Source: Dimargaris cristalligena (lineage: Eukaryota). Taken from it: a DNA stretch of 20,000 bases. Below the pieces are notes generated by a model, which did no database searches, was not told the DNA's origin, and saw only the letters and a program-made list of their open reading frames with translations. The DNA is taken from NCBI GenBank assembly GCA_003614675.1, contig ML002228.1, positions 49,260-69,259 on the forward strand, written 5' to 3'. Shown in pieces: positions 1 through 10,007 of this stretch (positions are counted from its first letter, which is position 1; every line of letters begins with the position of its first letter). A program made the translations under genes and the position numbers.

Positions 1-22
1 CATCTCTATCCATTCTATACAG

Positions 23-91
23 GCACGTCGACTATACGAGGCCTTTCACCAGCCCTTCGTTTCAGGTACCAAATACGATGATTCGACCTAG
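23..91 (+). CDS. Possible terminal exon of a gene starting before the window (ARRLYEAFHQPFVSGTKYDDST*)
   Basis: Pyrimidine-rich tract plus CAG acceptor at 20-22, then an open frame to TAG at 89-91. Frame cannot be confirmed, and an alternative donor (CAG|GTACCA at 66) exists. Confidence 0.3.
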   Translation, partial: ARRLYEAFHQPFVSGTKYDDST

Positions 92-414
92 TATCCGCAG
101 ACTTATTCGTTAACCCCGCCTACCTATCTATCCTGCTACCCTTATACTAGCCGTATTTTTATCGCACTAACCCGTAACTTTAAATCAATTTGTTATTCGG
201 ACATCAACAGTAAACAAAATTAGCCAGAATTACCCAAATATACAGCATACTTGTAATGCAAGGGTGTTCCATCGGTGCGCAGTGCGCTCACTACCTTATG
301 GCAGGTAGACCGCTGACTAATAATGGTCTTTGAAGTAGCGGGCCATACAATAATAATAGTAATCTATTTACGATTAACAGAATCCACCTTTCCTCTGGGG
401 GATTTAAGAGAAGG

Positions 415-2234
415 CTAGATTATGTCAGTGGACGTGGGGTGTGTCCATTTCAGGCCCATGTACCGGGATGTAGGGGCTTCGTAAGTGGCCAACTGCGCCA
501 TGGCCTCGTCCACGGTGCCACATGCTACCAGAATATTCCGGTTTCCGGCAGCCAGGAAGCCTTCCTCCACGGCACGGTCGATCCACAGTAGAAGGGGGTC
601 GAAATAACCCCGGATGTTAAGTAGGATAATCGGTTTGGAGTGGATATTCAGCTGCGACCTATTGGCGAAGACGGCGCGTGCATTACAGGCGCGATTATCC
701 CATTCAATAAATATAGGAACGGGCGGCCACCATTAGCTAATATTAGTAATGAATAAAGTACCCCTTGGTAGCATAGACCGGGGAGTCAATAAATAGGTGT
801 GTCGACTTTTCAAACAAATGGTAAATATATTGGGCACATAACTTACCACGTCGTAATCTCCAAGAGTTCTTCCATGGTGCCGTAGCCACCGGGTAGTACA
901 ATAAATGCGCTAGACTAGAATTTGGTTTATAGCCCGCACGCACACATGTCGTGGGTTCGGTCAATGTATCCAACATGCATAAACAATTGCAAATCTATCA
1001 TCAGAACCCCATCTTGTGCGAACTATACAGTAAATCTAAAGTGGAGCAGTAGCGAAAACATGGACTATATTTTCTAACCCGGCTGGGGAATGACCTGCCT
1101 TTTCGTTCATCATGCTCTTGCGCGTATGCATATCCGGCACTTCTATATTGGAACCGATTGCCTCACCGCTCACTTCAACTGTTTATCGTCCCCATAAACC
1201 AAGGTACAGAACATAACCCACCCAGTTCTTCAGGAATATTAGTACTTCCAGTAATGTGGTAGGGATTTATGTAGGACTGCTAAGACATAATAGGCGCATG
1301 CAGCCCGCCCACCCAACGCCGTCGAAAATTAAAGGTGGGGTAGGCTCTCTTACCTGGTGCAAGCGCTTTGGGGGTGATGCCGATGACGTGTCCACCGCTC
1401 TAGAGAATTAGAAGGAGTGACGAATAGTGTAGTTCGATGGAAATGTAGATTAGTCTTGGCATTTCGATGCTTCAGGAAATGTAACCGAGGCGTTTAATAG
1501 TGCCAGGTAACCTAAACACAGCCCCCCCCTCCGATAAGGACCGGAGATCAAGCCGGCCCAAAGGTCGAACAATCAGGTGTTAACTATACTTACCTTCGAT
1601 ACCGACTGGGCAACGCAGCCCATTAGGCCTTTAGTACCTCCGCCTGATTGAGAGTATACGTGTGACAAAGGCGTCCACCGTAAGGAGAAATAGGGCCAAG
1701 GTTAGGGGATAAATGAATTAGCCCTCTATGCAGGGGTAATCGGAAAAATTATCTATATCGCCCAGTAGTATGGTATGGCCTGTGTAAAGGGGGGGTTTAG
1801 TATCGACCAGATTAGTGCCCAAGATGCATAGGACGGGGAACACTTACCGTAGACTAGTCCGTAGCCGTGGCTGACAATGCTTTGTCCGAGTTCTAATAGA
1901 TTCATTTGGGACGAGGGGTACACATTGATGTTAAGGCGGTCAGACCAGTTGATTAGGCCATGTCCAGGTGTATAGTCGTTGGTAGGCCTGATATACGGTA
2001 TAGTTTGGGACAACTCGAGGACATTCCCCCTCCCGGCACTAGGCTTAGTTAAGTTGGCAGCCCAGTAGTGCAATCATGGTATTTATGTATTGTTATATAC
2101 TGCTCCCTCCCGTCACACTGCTCTCCCTGTGAAAGGAAATTGGACTTACTCTCTGCCATTTCCGCGTATGCAGGGTGCTTCCCCTGAGCCGATGCACAGA
2201 ACACGCAAATATACCGTTGCTCCGTGGCCGTCAT
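415..2234 (-). CDS. LOG1: LOG (LONELY GUY) family nucleotide/cytokinin riboside 5'-monophosphate phosphoribohydrolase, 205 aa, 7 exons
   Basis: Exons 2234-2150, 1892-1848, 1643-1594, 1399-1354, 1178-1099, 914-847 and 658-415 splice in frame (618 nt). Translation has ICVFCAS, LVYGGGTKGLMG, DMHTRK, the LOG signature PGGYGTMEE and WSQLNIHSKPIILLN. Confidence 0.93.
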
Positions 2235-4768
2235 AGTGTATACCGAATGTATGTATATCTATCTATATATATAAAACGACCCGGTTGGTCGGTTGTTGTA
2301 GACAACGTTTAAGGTGTTGCTAAAAGGGTGCAGGAGACGTCAGGGGTTGGTCAATTATGGATAGATACGGGAGTTGACCATGGGTAAGTCAGTGCTGCAG
2401 TTGGTTTCGGTGGTAAGCTCGGGTGTGTGTCGGCTGCAGAGAAGAAAAGTGCAGGTAGCAGCAGCAGTAATTGCTTTAGGTACCGAGAAGATTGGCTCAT
2501 TCCAAGGACGGCATGCGCCTCAAGAGGAAGAGATTCCGGGCAGGCCCGGGGTCATGCATGCCCCTTACCCCGCGACGTCCTTGCTAATCGTATACCGCCT
2601 CTCATTCCCTCATTCCCCCGAGGTATAACCTAGACTTTACCTACCTTAAAAGCGTAGCCGAGTATTGTGTGGTAGTGGATATAGGTAACAAAACAATGTG
2701 GTTCGTCTTACTAAAAGGGCAACCCGATGTTGGAAATCCTGAGATATTTAAATGGCGTTGAGAGTGCCACCAGTTTAGTTACATAGCAGTATGGGCCAAT
2801 GAGCGCTGATATTGCGCACTCATTTTTAAAAGCATTGGGTGTGTGCTCTTTATTGTGTGGGGCATATTGAGTCCCAAAAATAGCGTAAGGCCTTCCTCCT
2901 TCTCTCCCTTTCTTCCATCTTTCATGGCCTCCTTATTATACACTGCCTCCAACTTCTTCACTGAGCAAACCACCGTGGCACAGCAAGTTGCTCTAACTCG
3001 TGAGATTCGCCACTCTCCAATGATACCAAACTTTATCGTAGGGCTGAGCTTATTAGGTGGACGTGGGATTGGCCAACCAAACGCAGGCGGCTACATAATG
3101 ATAGGTGTTGATGCCCCTAATAAATAGAAGTGTAAACGGCGGCGTAGTAAATAAAACAACAGACACTGGAAATGATTCTTCCAGGTATTTCTTTATCAAA
3201 TACTTTCCAGTTCTGCAGGCATGGTGCAAATTCGGATCACTAAACCGATTAGGAGCAGCCCGCTGGGAGAAGAGGGGGGTGCTCTTGCTGCACAGACCCG
3301 ACGCTCTCGGGTCCATGCAAGTAAATCTTTCTTCTTATTACGAGAAACGCCTTGTCAGGAAGGAGCTCTTAGGCCGGTGGTAGCCCCCCCTCCTTTACCA
3401 CTTCCCGAGCAATTTCCTAGACAGCGAAGAGGAGATGAAAGATGCGGGGTATAATTTGCCAGCCTTGTTTACCCCTTCCCTTCGAGGCTTGTACTACAAC
3501 TATACCACCTACCCCACACAGGGGCTTACTTTAACGTAACTCAATCGCCTCTCGCCTTTGTAATTTTTTCCTTTCTATTTCCAAGACCCCACATACTGCC
3601 CATTAAATAGCGCCCTTCGCATTTGTGTGTTGTTTTGGCCAGACCCCTGTAAATGGATGAACTATGTAGTCGGCGTAGTCAAACAGTTCGCTCCCGATCA
3701 TATGGGTAAGCCGTAAGACCTAAACAAATATGCGTCGGATTTTGGGTTTCATGCGACCCGCCTTTTTTTATTTTGCATCAGATCGGCTTTGATTTAGCCA
3801 CTAGAATATGTCGGTAAATAGGCCGGCCGCTCATGTGGTAGCTAAAAACACTCTTAATTAGGTCTTTATGTGACTCCCACCTTGCTTAGATTTTAGTATA
3901 TTGAATGTAACCATATCTTATATACCCTGCAGCCATCCGCCAGTTTCCGGCTTAGATCATATTCCCATGACTTTAGCCTAAAATACCTTTGGTGCATTCG
4001 GCAGCTTTACACAGGCGGACTTGGGGCAAATGAAATGCAATAATCGGGTTACCCAAGCAGGGTTAAGAACCTCCGCAGGTACAGTCAAAATGTAAGTAGT
4101 GTGGGAAGCGCCGGATTCCGCCCAAAAGTGGTCTTGGCCCACTTTATGCACCCGCCCTAAGGATAAATTCCCCACATGATGTCAACGAGGCCCCCCAAAT
4201 TGGCCTAAAGAAACTTTAAAGAAATACCACTGAAAAATGGTGACAATGTTATTGAGACGGTGGGGCCTTGGGGTCTGATCAGCTGCAATTCCTCTCCGTG
4301 ACACCAGGGAGTCCGCCCTCTACACTCATCGGTGAATACAAGTATAACCAAACTACCATTTCAGGCTTGCCTTGTTCTGGCCCGACTCCCCAGAACCCAA
4401 CAGCTTTCTAGACAGCTGTCAGCTGGTTGGGTAGACGAAACCGATTAGATTGAATCCACCCGCCGGCTAGTTTAGCGCACCCTTAGGTAGTAGTAAAATG
4501 GAGTCAACGATAAAATCACCTACTGCCTTTATACCCCTCCTGTGCATTTTATATTACTGACCTTGGGACTCGTTGAAGTACCATTTACCCGGTGATGTAA
4601 AGCATTATATCCAAACCGTCACGCTCACAACCGTTGACCCAATTAATATGCCACAGCCACTCATTTAAAAAAACACATTTTATTTAGTACATCATCGAAA
4701 AATAGAAAGCGGAGAAATCTTATTCGGTACTTATAATCGGCACTATAGCAGCCCCGCCATCATGGGGG

Positions 4769-5987
4769 TTACTGAATTGGCACATACAAATTGTCGATAA
4801 AGGGAGTGACAGGCTCTGTATCAAACAACATTAATGCGAGGGACTCTTCTTTGGTCATCGCATAATGTACATAGGACAATCCGGTGGGTATCTTATTGGG
4901 GATTAGACCGCATTTGAACCCCATCTGCAAGTTAATACAGGCGGTGCTAACCTCCACCGCCTGTTTCCCTTCCACTTTGGAGGCCAGAAACTCGGCAATT
5001 TGGGGTCGGTCTAGATTCAGGGCCCAATAGTACAGGGCGGCCAGGTTCATTTTAAGTTTCCAGTTTTCCAACAGGCGGCTTTCTATGGCATGGGGGTCCC
5101 GCACCACGAGGAAACGGACAATATCGAGTTGGTTGTGAACAATAGCCACCCGGGCGAGATCGTGCGCTACGCGAACGGAAGTGTCCATCGTCAAGAGGGG
5201 TTGGATGCGTTTGTGCAGTTTATCAAAAGTCATTTTACTGATCCGATCGGTAATGAGATGAACGAGGGGGGTGCACAAGGTCGTGAATACGGCGGGTTGG
5301 CTAGCCTTTAAATCAGCCACAGTCAAGGTGTTGTAACGAGCCATCGTTGGCTGGAGTTTAGCCCAAGCCACGGGGCCGTTCTGGAGGAGGAGTTGGCGGG
5401 TCGTGTAAGCCGTAAAGATCCGCTGGGTGGCCGAGTCGTCGAGATTTCCGTCGTTATCAACGTGTCTCCTCAGCTAGGGTTCAAGGACACGCGATTTAGG
5501 TCATTAAATCAATGAAATAAAGTAGTGTAAATGGGCAGTTTCGGACTAATATAATGGATTGAGGGATATATACCTGAACCATCCGGTTTATCTGCCGATT
5601 GTCTATCAGTAAAAAATAGATGAATCTCCGGGCGAGTGAAGTGATTCCCTCCTCTAGATATAGATAGCTACTTACATCATAGGGGTTATATTTTTGCGCT
5701 ATTTCTTTCATGCCTGGGATCCGCAAAACTCGAATGAACTCATCCGGGTGAAGCTTGCCCAGAATCGAGAACATTATTTCTAAAGGTAGTTGGCCACGCG
5801 GAATAATGTTTTGGGTAGTCTTATTTACTTTGTTCGCTTGGGGCATTGGTTTCTTTATAGTACCAGGACTAGGTTCCGAATTAAGGTTTTGATGGTTGGG
5901 AACGGGGACGGCCGAGGAAGCTGTGAAGAGCTGGACCAGGGCTAGAAGTCCGAGTCCCAGAGTGAGGTTCTGAATTGGGCGAACCAT
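4769..5987 (-). CDS. Secreted protein with F-box-like motif and degenerate ankyrin-like repeats, about 372 aa, 2 exons
   Basis: Exon 1 5987-5574, GT-AG intron 5573-5474 (phase 0), exon 2 5473-4769 joins two ORFs of the track in frame. Signal peptide (LTLGLGLLALVQLFTASSA|VP), LPLEIMFSILGKLHPDEFIRV (F-box-like), LARVAIVHNQLDIVRFLV and LYYWALNLDRPQIAEFLA (ankyrin-like). Confidence 0.78.
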
Positions 5988-6169
5988 GTTGTATTCTATA
6001 GACGAAGAAAAAAAACCGGGGCTAGTAAACTTATCGAAACTTAACCCTTTGGTAAAGTATCGGGCAGAGCGTAGGGTGGTGAAGCGGGTTATCTAATAAA
6101 GTATTAGGTATAATGTACGTGTAGAGTATATTGTGATGGTCATAAAATGAGTAGGCGGGTCCACCCCTC

Positions 6170-6177
6170 TATTTATA
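6170..6177 (-). promoter_or_regulatory. TATA box candidate of the secreted F-box-like gene
   Basis: TATAAATA on the minus strand about 180 nt upstream of the ATG at 5987. Confidence 0.45.
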
Positions 6178-8813
6178 CACTTCCGAATCAACCAGAATGG
6201 TGTCAGTAGTAGTGGAAACAGCCGTTGTCTGCTATAGTGGGTGGTATATTGCCAATGCCCACTCTAGACCCTGACGAGTTAAATGGCAGGACGGCAAGCC
6301 TTCTTACCATCCGAAAAAGGCCTGGGAGCACCACCAAGATGGCCCTTTCACTGTAGCAGCCGTTAGCGCACCCATTTAGGAGGACCTATTCAATTCTTTA
6401 GTCCACTTGGTCGTACAGCCATTTGCCATTTCCATTGCTGGGGTACAGTCACGGTATCCCCCCAAGGCGTATAGGCAGCCCCAAATTATACGTCTGCGGC
6501 GGCGGTGGCCGCCACTGGCCCTACGGTTAGGTTGAAACGCTTCTAAAAGAGTGGAGTACAAGCCGACGTTGCCACTGTATGGGGTATAAAGTGACTGAAC
6601 TGGTACGACGAAATCAGAGGGAGCTTATGGTCATAGTATTAAGTGGGCTCACCATTGTTCCTTTTTCAAATTATTTCGAAAAGAAAACCACGACACTCCC
6701 GATATCCGCCCTACCCTCCCCCTCCCACACACACATTTTATCTGTCACCGCCAATAGTCTTTCATAATTGGCCAGTCTGACTTCAACTCCACAGTTCTTA
6801 TTGTAGGATATAATTTGTAATTTTTTTTGAGGCGTTTTATAAAAGGTACACGGATATGTAGACAACGGGGCTATTTCGATACGACTAGCAGTGACCTATT
6901 TATGAAGTACGCCCCGTTTTATTATCACGATAATACTCAACAAATAGATTAGGCCATTTAGATAAGCGCTAACGGCCACGAGTTTGGGGAGTGTTCAACA
7001 AAGCTAGGCTCAAAATCCCCCGCATCGTCGGCAAGTTTTGCGGATGGAGCGGCGTCAGCTGGCTTTGCAGTTCCGATTTCAGTGGTACAGCCAAGCATGA
7101 GTCGGATCAGCTCGCGCAGCAGTCGGCTCTTGACGGACTCATACATTTTCTATTCTATCGCCTAATTCAGCAGCCAGTTCGTGCCACAAATTAGTACTAC
7201 CAAGGGGGGGAGGGAGCCTTTTCCCTATGAAGAGGTTCAGCGAGTCAGTCACTCCCCTCACTCTTTGCTCACTTTCCCTCAGCATGCTCTGGTTCGGTCT
7301 CAACAACGACATTTCATCGCCTTTTTTTATATATATTATTAATCATTGTTAGGTGTCTAAATTGATATGCTGCCAATCGTATACATATGAGTAAGGTCAT
7401 GAGGGGTCGCACAACTCTATATCAAGTGGCTACCAAGAGCCACTGCGACCCAGCGCAGCCTGTTTAGCAGCGCTGACCCTCCGTGTAACGGGGCACCGGT
7501 TGGACTACCGCATTAATTCGGGGGGATCGTTTTAAAGTGAACGCCATTTAAACCAACGGCATCTCGATAAGTGAGTTCTGATCATCCAAGCGCCACTTGT
7601 TGCCGCCTGGTACATGGTATTCTATAGTCCCCATGGGCCGACCCTAGAGCATAATTTCAACCGTGCTAGTTTCTCAGTCCCCCGTACTAGAAAAATAGGG
7701 CTGGGTATCGGCGGGCTCTTGCTTAGGTATCTCAGTGTCATTCTTGAACCATAGACATGCACCTGTGTGTGTGGGCGGGGGGGGGCAAGCTCCAGATTAG
7801 TATAAGTCCTGTCATACTAGACTCACAGATTGTTTCAGGTCGACCATTCTTTATAGGGATTTTATATAAACCGCCTTAATGCTACACTTGCGATGTGTGA
7901 CTTAACGGTTGGCCCTATTTGATGGCTACCGCCGAAAGGTTATTATTAGAATTGCTCTTAAATGCCAGTGGTCACCTAAATTGTCTGAACCATTTTTATG
8001 GCACAATCCGCAACCAATAAAGTGGGCCCTTAAGGTGGCACATATTTTCCACCATTTCAGTCGATGCGGTTTTTAAAGGCCTTTGATATTCTAGTCAGAT
8101 CATTGGTCCAGTAAATGTGGCTTCTGAAAAATATATTATACAATTGCCAACTCGACCCAAGTGGTGCGCCCCTAGTATTGACAGTCTAGTCGGTTACAAC
8201 GAGCAGCAATGGTGAATCACTCGTGTTAGTCATTTGAGCATGCCCCGCACTTTGTCAAAGTCAATTCATATTTTTAGTAAATGCTAATATTGTTAAAATG
8301 TGATTGCCATATCAATTTCCATTTACACTATATCTACTTAACACTGTTATAATTACATATTTTCTTTCATTAAGTGAAGCTATCGAATTTTTATATTAGT
8401 ATTGGAATCTGAACTTCAACTTCGTCCAAAAATATTGGAGGGTGTGGTAATAGCCGCCCAAAAAAATGACAGGCCTGTAGATGGTCACATGATATGAAGG
8501 CCAAGCGAAACCCACCACTAAAATACTGACAGCAGTAAATTAGAGTCGAGCAACAAATCCGGTTGCCTTAAGACCTGGTGGTAAAGTAAACTAAGTTTAG
8601 CATTTCAAAATGCTATGAGTGGCGGGAAACTCCTTTCGTACATCACTAACAACTGCTCAATGTTACCTTGCTATCGCACATTCCTATTGAAACCATCCCT
8701 TTTCTTCTAAACCATTACTTGACCCGGCTATTGGAACCTTTTGTGCCCATTACCAAACCCCGCCGACTGCATTTCCCTTTGCACCTACCATTCCGTGTTT
8801 TTTTTTACCAGCC

Positions 8814-10007
8814 ATGGCTAAGCAGGACGCCCATTTCTCAACGGGCCGCGTGGCGGCGTCGTTTACATCCACATCGCTTACGCCGGTCACGGTGACGAAG
8901 GCAGCGGAACGCGATGCGGAAGAAGTCATGTTCGAGAATGTCAAAGGAACCGGCCTGGTGAAAATCCAAACGAACCTGGGCGATATTGACGTGGAACTGC
9001 AGTGTCAGATTGTAAGTTGGAACCTCTTTCCCAAGCAGACTACTACACGTTTGACCATTCCATAGGTGTTATAGTGTTGCCGTCTTTTCTTTCCGAAAAT
9101 TTAACGCCGGCTTGGTTCGTTCTACCATGCTATTGAGACTCGTCTTTCCGGTCTAAATTTTAAACAATGTACTAACCTTTAAGATTTTTTCTGCTCTATT
9201 CCTCACATTCCACTGTTCTAGGCCCCCCGAACCTGTTACAATTTCATTATGCTGGCCAAAAGCGGTTACTACCGGAAGGTTCCTTTCCACCGATCCATTA
9301 AACATTTCATGATCCAGGGGGGCGACCCCACCGGTACCGGCCGAGGCGGCGACTCATACTGGAAGCGGGAATTTCCAGACGAGATCCGCGGTAAACGCCT
9401 CTCCCACGACCGACGGGGTATTCTAAGCATGGCCAACCACGGCCGGGACACCAACGGCTCCCAATTTTTCTTCACGTTCCGACCGTGTAAACATCTCGAT
9501 GGCAAACACACCATCTTCGGCCATATCGTGGGCGGTCAGGCCACCTTAGACACCATGGAACTAGTCCCCGCTGACCCCACCACCGACCGGCCCAGTCGGG
9601 ACATTCATATCATTGACTGTAAAGTGTTGGAAAATCCGTACGAGATATACCAGCAGCGGATGGCCCGGAAGGAACGTCATCTAAATACTGCGGCGGCTAA
9701 GAAAGGCCAGGACAGCGGGAGCCAATCCCTCTACCATAAAGCAACAGCAGCAGGGGCAGCAGTCCCGGCTTCCGTTGATAATACAACAACCTGGTTCGGT
9801 ACGTCCGTGGGAAACCCCCGTTCGACATCGTCGGCCGGGTCTGCGGGGGGTGCTCGGGTAGGAAAGTACTTGGCGGCTAAACGAAAGGCCCTAGCAGATG
9901 CCAAAGAGGCGGGTGAAACTCTGACGGGGTCGGGGATTACACCGACACCAGGAGCAAAGAAGTCGAAACCCTCCGGCTACCAATTTGGCGATTTTAGTAG
10001 CTGGTAA
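8814..10007 (+). CDS. PPIL2: Cyclophilin-type peptidyl-prolyl isomerase, PPIL2/Cyp60/Cyp8-like, C-terminal half only (about 327 aa), 2 exons
   Basis: Exon 1 8814-9011, intron 9012-9221 (GTAAGT..ACTAAC..TAG), exon 2 9222-10007. Cyclophilin motifs APRTCYNF, FHRSIKHFMIQGGDPTGTGRGG, SMANHG, NGSQFF, HLDGKHTIFG. PPIL2-type linker AHFSTGRVAASFTSTS and C-terminal FGDFSSW. Confidence 0.9.

Noticed and set aside
6376..7194. Short ORFs on both strands as possible missing PPIL2 exons or genes
   Set aside because: No U-box or other recognisable motifs and no consistent splice model.
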